A stretch of 30,885 nt of DNA from Candidatus Micrarchaeota archaeon (GTDB lineage: Archaea > Iainarchaeota > Iainarchaeia > JAADDC01): assembly GCA_027046625.1 (NCBI GenBank), contig JALTXX010000018.1:1-30885 (forward strand), in the 5' to 3' direction. A program made the translations under genes and the position numbers. The notes under the pieces are model-generated. The model was not told where the DNA came from and made no database searches. It worked only from the letters and a program-made list of their open reading frames with translations. Shown in pieces: positions 9,138-19,609 of this stretch. The first letter of the stretch is position 1, and each line of letters starts with the position of its first letter.

Positions 9138-9686
9138 TTATATATAAAATGCCAGCACTGCCAAAGGAATAAGCAGCAGGAGATAGGCGCCCAAATTCCA
9201 TGCAAATACCTTGGATCCATCAAGGGGATAGATGGGCAACATGTTAAATGTACCTATAAATGCATTTACCTTTGCTACATAGTAGAATATAGGAAATCCT
9301 GTTAGAAAGGCTAGTAAATAAAATATTATTGCCATTATAAGGTTTGCAAGCGGTCCCACAGCTGAAATTATGCCATTTTCCCTTATTGTAGGGTTTCCAA
9401 ACACATAAACAGCCCCAGGAGCTGCAAATACGAATCTACCATTGGTAAGTACTGCTAAACCTATAGCAAGCAGTAGTCCTTCGCTCCACATAATAAACCT
9501 TGCAGGATATCCAAACATGTTAGCTGCATACCTATGGGCGAGTTCGTGGAAAAGAAACGCCGTACCTACAGCTACAAGGGATAGGGGGAGAGTATATAGA
9601 AATTGATAGGGGTTTAGGTTCCATGAGAAAGCAATAGAGAGGGTCAACCACGATATAATCATCTCTGTTGCTTCACCTCTATCCAT
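9138..9686 (-). CDS. Site-2 protease (M50 family) membrane metalloprotease
   Basis: HELAH, GPLAN, NMLPIYPLDG. Confidence 0.92.
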   Translation of the reverse strand: MDRGEATEMIISWLTLSIAFSWNLNPYQFLYTLPLSLVAVGTAFLFHELAHRYAANMFGYPARFIMWSEGLLLAIGLAVLTNGRFVFAAPGAVYVFGNPTIRENGIISAVGPLANLIMAIIFYLLAFLTGFPIFYYVAKVNAFIGTFNMLPIYPLDGSKVFAWNLGAYLLLLIPLAVLAFYI

Positions 9687-9736
9687 GTTTGGAATGGGTG
9701 GGAAAAGTATTAAATGTGAGAATGCCCATTAATTAC

Positions 9737-9913
9737 ATGAGAAGCCAGGTATCCGCTGAGCTTCTCATTGTAATTGCAGTTCTTGCAGCGCTGGCCTTCT
9801 ACCTCTTTAGCAACATGCAATCCTCCTCAGAGAGCCTCATGTCAAAGTACAGGAGTGCCTCCCAAGGTATAGAAGAGATCATTTCAGAGATGGAGAGTGG
9901 GGCTTCCCCATGA
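9737..9913 (+). CDS. Class III signal peptide (type IV pilin-like) protein
   Basis: MRSQVSAELLIVIAVLAALAFYLF: Q+1/E+5 pilin N-terminus. Start reassigned to ATG 9737. Confidence 0.8.
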   Translation: MRSQVSAELLIVIAVLAALAFYLFSNMQSSSESLMSKYRSASQGIEEIISEMESGASP

Positions 9914-10236
9914 TAACAGTAGATTACCTTATAAACACCGCCGTTACTGCCTTCTTTGTGTTTGCCTTCCTTAGCATCTTTTACACCACCTACACATCAG
10001 CAGAGGAAGGCATAAGGAAAACTCATCTAAGGTACTTGTCCCAAGTAATAGAGGACAGGATGAAGATGTGTCAAGTGGTAGACAACATAAAGATATACGC
10101 ACCCTACAGGGTTTCTATAGACTGTGGGGAGGGAAGAATATGCTGGAAGGATATCTGCTACCCTGTTTCCTGTAACGGTGGAGGGGAGGGCACTACATTT
10201 ATCCTCAGAGATTGTACTATTTACACACTAGACTAG
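9910..10236 (+). CDS. Minor pilin-like protein
   Basis: N-terminal hydrophobic helix preceded by D, Cys-containing soluble part, ATGA coupling to the upstream pilin. Confidence 0.6.
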   Translation: MITVDYLINTAVTAFFVFAFLSIFYTTYTSAEEGIRKTHLRYLSQVIEDRMKMCQVVDNIKIYAPYRVSIDCGEGRICWKDICYPVSCNGGGEGTTFILRDCTIYTLD

Positions 10237-10429
10237 CAAAGATATCATATCTTTCTCCTTTACAATAGACGTGTTCTCCTTTCTCTAACCCTACACTCAC
10301 CCTATCATTTTCGTAAACAAACAAAACAAGAGGTGATATATCCTCATGTACAGGTTGAAGAAGGATAAGAAGAGAGAGGAAGATGAGACCTGCCACTATC
10401 GCCTCTAATAACAACATATACCCTCTCAT
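10217..10429 (-). CDS. Class III signal peptide pilin-like protein
   Basis: MRGYMLLLEAIVAGLIFLSLL. Confidence 0.65.
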   Translation of the reverse strand: MRGYMLLLEAIVAGLIFLSLLILLQPVHEDISPLVLFVYENDRVSVGLEKGEHVYCKGERYDIFASLVCK

Positions 10430-10773
10430 TGACCCACCTCCAGCTCCACCACCCTTCCATTATACATAACAACCCTCTTCACCACCATCCCATCCCTCTT
10501 TCCACACCTAAACTCACCGCACCTTATGTAGGATACTTCATTGCATAGAATTCTAGAGCAGTCAACCACATTCATTGCCTTTACTCCCAACCTGTCAACC
10601 TCTATGCTATTCATAACCTTCTCAGACGTAAGAAGAAGGGATATGATTTCCCTATCTACTTTTTTGTTCATCAACAAAACATCCATCGAGTATAGATGTA
10701 TAAATCCCAAGGAAAATAGGAAGCTCACTACAAGGATTGTAATGAGCACCTCAAGGGGTTGATAGGTGACCAT
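10426..10773 (-). CDS. Minor pilin-like protein
   Basis: MVTYQPLEVLITILVVSFLF; C-terminal VVKRVVMYNGRVVELEV beta hairpin; likely start ATG 10773. Confidence 0.6.
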   Translation of the reverse strand: MVTYQPLEVLITILVVSFLFSLGFIHLYSMDVLLMNKKVDREIISLLLTSEKVMNSIEVDRLGVKAMNVVDCSRILCNEVSYIRCGEFRCGKRDGMVVKRVVMYNGRVVELEVGQ

Positions 10774-11008
10774 TGTACACCACCACTCCATAGGTTATAG
10801 GAAGAGAAAGACTTGCACCCCCAAAGTAGATACCTCCCTCTTCTGTTTTACAGGGAAGAGATAGAGATACTGCTCTTTCCTGGGAAAAGTATATCATATC
10901 CTTACAAAGGTTTACCATCTGAACGTCCATCTTGGGAATACTTATTTCGCTCACAACTGCCATCATACCAAGAAGGAAAAGCATGTACATTACGAAATCT
11001 ATTCTCAT
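10751..11008 (-). CDS. Minor pilin-like / membrane-anchored hypothetical protein
   Basis: MRIDFVMYMLFLLGMM N-terminal anchor; coupled to neighbouring genes. Confidence 0.55.
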   Translation of the reverse strand: MRIDFVMYMLFLLGMMAVVSEISIPKMDVQMVNLCKDMIYFSQERAVSLSLPCKTEEGGIYFGGASLSLPITYGVVVYNGHLSTP

Positions 11009-11379
11009 GGACTTCCCCCTCCTGGTATGTAGATGATTGCATTCCCTATCCTGCCTTCTATGGGGCAGGATAGGTATATTTCATCCTCTCCCACTGCAAT
11101 AGGATCCTCACAATAGGTAATATCTACTACCCTCTCCCATTTCTTCAGAAATGCCTTAAAAAGAGAATTAGAAGTAGAATAGCACTGTTCTACCGTCATA
11201 GAATTGCACAACTCCTCCAAATACTTCATATACATATACACACCTCTCTCAAAATCGCTTCGTATGTACACATCCCTCATAGAGGAAGCAATTTCACCCA
11301 CGGGTAGATAGTAGGTATGGGACTGGAGGGTTTGAAGAAGGGGGATAAGGAGCAGGGTAAAAAGAATGGAAGCCATCAC
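11005..11379 (-). CDS. Secreted/membrane-anchored hypothetical protein (pilin-cluster associated)
   Basis: N-terminal hydrophobic segment, 4 Cys, ATGA coupling. Confidence 0.55.
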   Translation of the reverse strand: MMASILFTLLLIPLLQTLQSHTYYLPVGEIASSMRDVYIRSDFERGVYMYMKYLEELCNSMTVEQCYSTSNSLFKAFLKKWERVVDITYCEDPIAVGEDEIYLSCPIEGRIGNAIIYIPGGGSP

Positions 11380-11387
11380 ATATTATA

Positions 11388-11819
11388 TTATTCTATTTTC
11401 ACCTTAAAGCCCTGTTCCTCCCCTTCCAGCTTTGGCTTTTCCTTCTTTAACCTTACCTCCAACACACCGTTCCTGAAGGAGGCCTTTGTTTCCTCTGGGA
11501 TAACAGGTTCTGGTAGGGTTATTGTCCTGTAAAAGGAGGATACTCCTATCTCCCTCAAGTAGTAGCTCTTACCCTTCCTTTCTTCCCTCGCCTTCCTCGT
11601 AGCCTTTATGGTAACGCTATCCCTGTTGACATAAAGCTCTACATCCTCCTTGTTTACCCCTGGCAGTTCCACTACCAGCAGGAAGTGATCGCCCTCGTCT
11701 ATCAGATCTATAGCGGGCTCTCTTATATATTGAGGCTCCCCTACCCTTCCAAACAAAGATGAGAACATTCTATCAAGTTCTCTATGTATCCTTCTCATCT
11801 CTTCAAATGGATCATACAT
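11388..11819 (-). CDS. hsp20: Small heat shock protein (Hsp20)
   Basis: DPFEEMRR, P-x-ID, ELPGVNKEDV, FYRTITLP, ASFRNGVLEV, C-terminal VKI(E); SD GGAGGTGA. Confidence 0.95.
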   Translation of the reverse strand: MYDPFEEMRRIHRELDRMFSSLFGRVGEPQYIREPAIDLIDEGDHFLLVVELPGVNKEDVELYVNRDSVTIKATRKAREERKGKSYYLREIGVSSFYRTITLPEPVIPEETKASFRNGVLEVRLKKEKPKLEGEEQGFKVKIE

Positions 11820-11837
11820 GTTATCACCTCCTATAAG

Positions 11838-11905
11838 GGAGAAAGGGGGCAGAGGAGGCAGACTAGATCATAGCCCACCTCCTCATGCTCTCACCCCCTT
11901 TCTCC
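11838..11905 (-). promoter_or_regulatory. Structured 5' leader of hsp20 (long hairpin containing a uORF and an anti-SD)
   Basis: 12-bp perfect arms 11838-11849/11894-11905 and inner GAGGAGG/CCTCCTC. The remaining pairs are G-U only on the minus strand. TTTAAAAA TATA lies ~25 nt upstream. Confidence 0.55.
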
Positions 11906-11938
11906 ACTACTATATAATAGCCAAAGATTTTTAAACTT

Positions 11939-11957
11939 TGTCAAAAAATATTTGACA
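11939..11957. promoter_or_regulatory. Palindromic operator candidate TGTCAAA-N5-TTTGACA
   Basis: Perfect 7-bp arms between the TTTTAAA TATA box and the ATG of the wHTH gene. Confidence 0.5.
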
Positions 11958-11958
11958 G

Positions 11959-14654
<2,696 letters not shown>

Positions 14655-14656
14655 GG

Positions 14657-14815
14657 TTATTTCCTATCTATCACCAAACTATCTCCCTCCACCCTCACCT
14701 CCACCTCGGAAGACTCCAAGGTATTTTTCTTTATATCAATGCCCAGAAAGAGAAGAGCTATCATAGCCCCTCCTGTCAGGATAGCCTTCAGGAAGTTCCT
14801 CTTCTCTATGTTCAC
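14657..14815 (-). CDS. 52-aa protein with a Tat-type signal (EKRNFLK + hydrophobic helix)
   Basis: Manual translation from GTG: MNIEKRNFLKAILTGGAMIALLFLGIDIKKNTLESSEVEVRVEGDSLVIDRK; directly downstream of tatA. Confidence 0.6.
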   Translation of the reverse strand: MNIEKRNFLKAILTGGAMIALLFLGIDIKKNTLESSEVEVRVEGDSLVIDRK

Positions 14816-14839
14816 AGCACATTAAGGGTGGGGTGGTTT

Positions 14840-15019
14840 TTATCTTTTGCGCTTCTTTTCCCCTCCTCTTAGCTCCTTCTCAACCTCTCTGGCACCCTCC
14901 TGAAACGCTCTTATGGCAACACCTATATTTCTTATGAAGTCCTTTGCCTTGTAGGGGAAGAAGAGCACCACCAACACTATGATTATTAGGATGATTTCTG
15001 TTATTCCTATGTTTAGCAT
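14840..15019 (-). CDS. tatA: Twin-arginine translocase TatA
   Basis: Not in the ORF track (59 aa): MLNIGITEIILIIIVLVVLFFPYKAKDFIRNIGVAIRAFQEG..., a TM helix plus an amphipathic helix with G-x-A-I-R-x-F. Confidence 0.85.
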   Translation of the reverse strand: MLNIGITEIILIIIVLVVLFFPYKAKDFIRNIGVAIRAFQEGAREVEKELRGGEKKRKR

Positions 15020-15041
15020 GTTAGAAGATGGAAGAGCTCCT

Positions 15042-15680
15042 TTATATCCTTATTGCTCCCTCTATGAGAAGGATAGCAACAAGGGTTATTATGACATCTG
15101 CTACAAGAAGATCACCAGGACTTAATATGGCTGAGAATATAAAGATAAATGTGTAGATAATCGGCCGGTTTTTCTCTATAGATTCCCTTGGTAGGAGCTT
15201 ATACCTTATAAGAAGCTTGAGTATAAGGGGGAGGTGAAAGAGAATGTAAAAGATAATAGTAAAATAGGTTAGGAATCCGATCACATCCGTTGGGGTAATC
15301 AATAGCTCTGCCCCCACCAGGGAGGATAGTGTTCTCGCAAGGTAGAACACTACCTGTCCTGATAGATAGAAAGATACAATTACAGAAAGGATGGCCGCAA
15401 CAAAGGAATATATGATATACTTCTTTAGTGTACGTGATTCCTCCTTTGTGAGGGCATCTCTCAACCACCCATAAAACATAAGCAGAAAAGGTGGTATCAC
15501 AAGAATGAGTGCCAGCTTTGCCACAGCATCAAGGTAAAAGGCCATCACATCCCTCACACCAAGGAAGTACAATCCCTTTCCCACCAGAGTAAAGGAGGCT
15601 ACCAACACAACGTACACTAAGATATACATAAATACTCCTTTCAGCACCAATCCCCTTAACTCCTCAATATATCTCCTCAC
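15042..15680 (-). CDS. tatC: Twin-arginine translocase TatC (short/divergent)
   Basis: YIEELR, ALTKEE, FHLPLI, NR...FIFSAILSPGD correspond to TatC motifs; adjacent to tatA. Confidence 0.8.
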   Translation of the reverse strand: MRRYIEELRGLVLKGVFMYILVYVVLVASFTLVGKGLYFLGVRDVMAFYLDAVAKLALILVIPPFLLMFYGWLRDALTKEESRTLKKYIIYSFVAAILSVIVSFYLSGQVVFYLARTLSSLVGAELLITPTDVIGFLTYFTIIFYILFHLPLILKLLIRYKLLPRESIEKNRPIIYTFIFIFSAILSPGDLLVADVIITLVAILLIEGAIRI

Positions 15681-15689
15681 AACAACATT

Positions 15690-16583
15690 TCACCCAACAA
15701 TTATTTTTACATCAACATTACCACTTCCGTTTGATTGACTTGAATACCAATGGTAGTAGAACACTATATCTACCGTGCTAGCTGGAACCGTTGTATCTAC
15801 CATAGACGCGAAAGAGAAATTCCCATCTATATCTGTAGTTGTGCTCCAGTTTGCACTATCGGTAGCAGGTGACCATCCCGCTAGTTTAGTGGTTCTGTCA
15901 TAAGTATTGGCCTGGGATCTTGTGTTGGATACAGGATCTAAAATAAATGGTATGTCCGAGTTCTGCATAAGATCTATAATAGCATAAGCATCTATTCTGA
16001 CAACACTATTAGAACTATCATAGTATATAACAGCGAACCCTATTGACAGCCCATTAGCTGTTTCTAACACACCTGCATTTGTGTAGGAAATACTGCTTGG
16101 GCTTTCTATTGTAACTCTTAAGCTATTTGGAAGATTCCAGCTATTTATATCATTTAGTGGTATACGCTGGCTATACAATCTAACCGTAAGATCTTCCATT
16201 CCATAGGCTAGGGACTTATTTATAGCTATCCTAAGTTTTCTGTCATAACCTTTGTAGCATATGTTGGTGCTTATAGTGGGTGTATAGTTCGTATTTGTTG
16301 GGGTAGATATCCAATAGCTGGCTGGAGAGAAACACGGTGCACTTTCAGTGGTTACGTTCTGGGTCAGTGTCTTCGTTTGGCTTCCATCGGGGCTATATCT
16401 CCATTCATCGATATCCTGTCTGTACCACAGTTTTCCTGGCTCAAGAGCCGGATCCGACGTCAAAGGTTGAAAAACTATACTATCCGGCTTTATATAAACA
16501 GTGTTTTCACCTATCTTCAGGCCTTCCTTTAGCAGATCTTCCAACAACCACTCTGCAAACCTCCGCTTAAGCCATCTTAGCAT
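15690..16583 (-). CDS. Leaderless fibre/tip-like protein with shared N-terminal module
   Basis: N-terminus homologous to 20507-20746; DPALEPGKLWY repeat-type motif; S/T/N-rich beta C-terminal domain. Confidence 0.7.
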   Translation of the reverse strand: MLRWLKRRFAEWLLEDLLKEGLKIGENTVYIKPDSIVFQPLTSDPALEPGKLWYRQDIDEWRYSPDGSQTKTLTQNVTTESAPCFSPASYWISTPTNTNYTPTISTNICYKGYDRKLRIAINKSLAYGMEDLTVRLYSQRIPLNDINSWNLPNSLRVTIESPSSISYTNAGVLETANGLSIGFAVIYYDSSNSVVRIDAYAIIDLMQNSDIPFILDPVSNTRSQANTYDRTTKLAGWSPATDSANWSTTTDIDGNFSFASMVDTTVPASTVDIVFYYHWYSSQSNGSGNVDVKIIVG

Positions 16584-16615
16584 CGTTAAGAATAACCTAA
16601 CCTTCTATATAATTC

Positions 16616-17005
16616 TTACCCTAAACCATTGTAGAGCTTTGTTAATAATTCACAAGGATCTTCTCCCGTGTATGATAGGATTGCCTCCCCCATAGCCCGT
16701 CCCCACTTCTCTCTATCTCCAAACTCCCCACACTCCTTCAAACGTTCCACCAATCCGCCTTTTATAGCCTTGGAGACTCTCTCATATACATACTCAAGAT
16801 CCTTTTCAGGATCTTGTCTGTTTACATAAAAACTAAGCACATAATACATTATTACACCTGCAATATCCCCTACGATCTTCTCCAACTCCTCAAGAAGGTT
16901 CAGAAAGGGTTTCATATCATACTTCTTACCTGTTGTTATCTCCAAAATATAGAAAAACCATCTAATACCTTCATCTCCTTTTACCATACAAACACTTAAA
17001 CACAT
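16616..17005 (-). CDS. Hypothetical protein
   Basis: 129-aa helical ORF in the operon direction; no recognisable motif. Confidence 0.5.
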   Translation of the reverse strand: MCLSVCMVKGDEGIRWFFYILEITTGKKYDMKPFLNLLEELEKIVGDIAGVIMYYVLSFYVNRQDPEKDLEYVYERVSKAIKGGLVERLKECGEFGDREKWGRAMGEAILSYTGEDPCELLTKLYNGLG

Positions 17006-17022
17006 GAGAATATGTTAAAAAT

Positions 17023-17400
17023 ATGGACAGGCTCCACCTCATCATCGGTGGTGTGATCCTCGTATCCATCATTATGGGTATTGTCCTCTTCTCCCAAAGG
17101 GGTTCCACCTCTTCAGAGAAGAATATTCCCATCCTTTCTGAAGACATCATAAGAACCGCTTGTCCGGAAGGGTTTCCAGGATCTCCGTCGTTTATCAGCT
17201 GTGAAGAAGCTGTAAAGACTGCTTTCAACAAGGTTCCCTTTACCGATGTGAGGGCTACCTATTTGACTGCCTGGACAGATGGTAGCCCTGTATACAGGTT
17301 TACCGTGGTGGAAAACAATTATTATCTCTGTATAACGGTAACTGCAAGGGATTCGCCAAAGGTAATAGATGTTTCTTCGGGCAAATGTCCTAAAGGTTGA
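17023..17400 (+). CDS. Membrane-anchored protein with PepSY-like domain
   Basis: N-terminal TM; ISCEEAVKTA...PVYRFTV...VTARD.PKVIDV pattern; 4 Cys. Confidence 0.55.
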   Translation: MDRLHLIIGGVILVSIIMGIVLFSQRGSTSSEKNIPILSEDIIRTACPEGFPGSPSFISCEEAVKTAFNKVPFTDVRATYLTAWTDGSPVYRFTVVENNYYLCITVTARDSPKVIDVSSGKCPKG

Positions 17401-18280
17401 GATCCCACGGTATTCTTTCACTATTCAGCACTATCACCCTTCTTTTATCAAGATATGGGTAGGTATGGGCTAGTCCCACGAACCAGGGTGTGTGAACCTG
17501 AGCCACCCCATGGTAACTATCCCACACTATGGGAGAGGTGAGTATCTCTTCCAACCACTCAAAGGCTTCTGGGTCTATATCCTCCATCACCTTCCTCCAC
17601 TTCTTCCCCACCCTCTTTGTTCCCTTACATCTATGGGAGTGGGGTAAATGAGTCGTCATACGTATGCCAAAATATCTTAACTCTTGGATGGCTTCAGGGT
17701 AGGGATCCGGAATGTATATTACATATTTATCTTCTTCTAATGTCCATCTGTCCTTCTCAAGGACAGGGTCTCCATCATTTTCTGCTGCCTGCCATAGGGG
17801 ATCGTAGAACCCCTGGCTCCATGTATCCATGAAGAATTCTACACAACACTTTGGATAACCCAACATCTCACCTATCTCTATGTGTCCATCCTTTCTCTTG
17901 GATGCCTCTCTAAATCTTTCTCCGTCCTTTGGATCCCTCACAAGAGCCCCATACCAGAAGAACGGCTCCCCTGGTTTGGGAGGAACATGATAGTGAGAAA
18001 AGCCTTGATAGTATGCGCTTTTTGCTATGGGGAAGAAGTATAGCCCATCCCTTTGAATTTGCTCTATGAACTCTGCAAAATTGTTTACATCCACATGCCA
18101 TGTAGCTGCCCTTCTATAACCTCTCTTTACCATTTCGTATTCTGCTCTGTTTGCCATACGAGAGATTCTACCTAACCTTGGTTCCCATACTGCCTTGTAC
18201 TCGGGTCTTCTCCACACAATCCTTGTAAAGTGTTTTATCTCAAAGTCTGGTTTTATTACCGGTGTTTTGCTCTTAAACAT
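17390..18280 (-). CDS. Conserved hypothetical, putative metal-binding partner of the rSAM enzyme (DUF483-like motif)
   Basis: GEMLGYPKCCVEFF and THLPHSHRC motifs; starts 6 nt after the rSAM stop. Confidence 0.65.
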   Translation of the reverse strand: MFKSKTPVIKPDFEIKHFTRIVWRRPEYKAVWEPRLGRISRMANRAEYEMVKRGYRRAATWHVDVNNFAEFIEQIQRDGLYFFPIAKSAYYQGFSHYHVPPKPGEPFFWYGALVRDPKDGERFREASKRKDGHIEIGEMLGYPKCCVEFFMDTWSQGFYDPLWQAAENDGDPVLEKDRWTLEEDKYVIYIPDPYPEAIQELRYFGIRMTTHLPHSHRCKGTKRVGKKWRKVMEDIDPEAFEWLEEILTSPIVWDSYHGVAQVHTPWFVGLAHTYPYLDKRRVIVLNSERIPWDLNL

Positions 18281-18286
18281 ACATAT

Positions 18287-19588
18287 TCACCCGTCAAGGT
18301 GCCTTAAGCTTCCATCTATGTGTTCTACACCATCAGTATGATTGCCTCCAAAGCAGGAACCTCCCCTCGGAGGATTGTCACTGTCTAGGTGTCTTACACT
18401 TCCATCTGTATGCTCCACACCATCGTTGTGTCCACCCCCGCAGGATCCCTCCGCTATTCCATCTAGGTGTCTTAAACCTCCATCAACGTGCTCTATTCCG
18501 TCGGTATGGTTAGTGCTTAATGAACGGCTTGTCTCAAAGGGAAGTGTAGCTTTTACATAGGCCGGTTCTATACCCATAAACCTTAGAACGTTGTCATAGT
18601 AGCTGAAAACTGCCTTCCAAGCAGGACAGTTTGCATCCCTGTTTCTCCAGTCACCGTTTATGGTGGTTGCGGAACATCCACCATAGCAGATAGGGAAGTA
18701 CTTACATCCCCTACATCCCCCATACTCAAATGGTGTATTATACAATACTTCTTCCCTGATATACATTCTCTCCTGTGTTCTTAGCAGAGGTACATGTCTT
18801 TGGCAGTTTGTAACCATCCTATCTCCCTTTATAACATGGGCAGCAGCTGTGTTAAACGGATCACACGGTCTAAAAACACATACCACTTCTTGTCTTCCCA
18901 GGAGGGCGTTCATGATATCTCTGAAGGGAGACCATTGATAGCCGGTATCCAGCATAAACTTTGCAAGCTCTCTGTATACATATGCTAACCTACCTGGCTC
19001 AAGGAAGTACTGCTTTGGCGCAGGGTAGCCAAGAGGATTTAATCTTCCTGTTATCCTTAGCTCTCCTGAAAGCCAGTGTATGAACTTCTTTAGTTTTTCA
19101 AAGCGCTCATCATCACCGGCGTTAAACTTATGTACCACAATAATAACACTGGTTGGTATCTTTTCCTCCACCAATCTTTGAAGATTCTCCAGTACCTTTC
19201 TTGTTTGGGATGGTGGAGCTCTTAGAACATTCAATTCTTCTGGTCCGTCTATGCTCACTCCCACACTAACTCTATACTTTTTGAAAATCTCTATGATGTC
19301 ATCGTCTATGTTTACACCGTTTGTTTGTATTGAAGGGCGCTGTCCTACCTCTACAATTTTCTTAAATATGGCCTCTATATCCTCTTTAGGAAGGGTTAGA
19401 GGCTCTCCTCCGTGTAAAGTGAACACCCCTCCATATCCATTACTATATTCCGGCAATTTTGCCGTTTCTTCAATGGTATTCAAAATCCATTCCAGATCAT
19501 AGTCCTTTTCCCTCAACAATCTGTTCTGATAACAGTATGCACAAGAAAGGTTGCATGCCAGGGTAGGTTTTATGAGTACTGTCACCAT
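18287..19588 (-). CDS. Radical SAM/SPASM-domain maturase with a His-x-Asp repeat tail
   Basis: CNLSCAYC, HGGEPL, IQTNG, VSIDGP; SPASM-type Cys (C..C, NC, CRGCKYFPICYGGC, NC); SD AGGAGGTG. Confidence 0.9.
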   Translation of the reverse strand: MVTVLIKPTLACNLSCAYCYQNRLLREKDYDLEWILNTIEETAKLPEYSNGYGGVFTLHGGEPLTLPKEDIEAIFKKIVEVGQRPSIQTNGVNIDDDIIEIFKKYRVSVGVSIDGPEELNVLRAPPSQTRKVLENLQRLVEEKIPTSVIIVVHKFNAGDDERFEKLKKFIHWLSGELRITGRLNPLGYPAPKQYFLEPGRLAYVYRELAKFMLDTGYQWSPFRDIMNALLGRQEVVCVFRPCDPFNTAAAHVIKGDRMVTNCQRHVPLLRTQERMYIREEVLYNTPFEYGGCRGCKYFPICYGGCSATTINGDWRNRDANCPAWKAVFSYYDNVLRFMGIEPAYVKATLPFETSRSLSTNHTDGIEHVDGGLRHLDGIAEGSCGGGHNDGVEHTDGSVRHLDSDNPPRGGSCFGGNHTDGVEHIDGSLRHLDG

Positions 19589-19609
19589 TCAACACCTCCT
19601 ATGAAATGT

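Noticed and set aside
16540-16583. Twin-arginine signal in MLRWLKRRFAEWLL
   Set aside because: No hydrophobic h-region follows and the paralogue lacks RR; treated as an amphipathic module.
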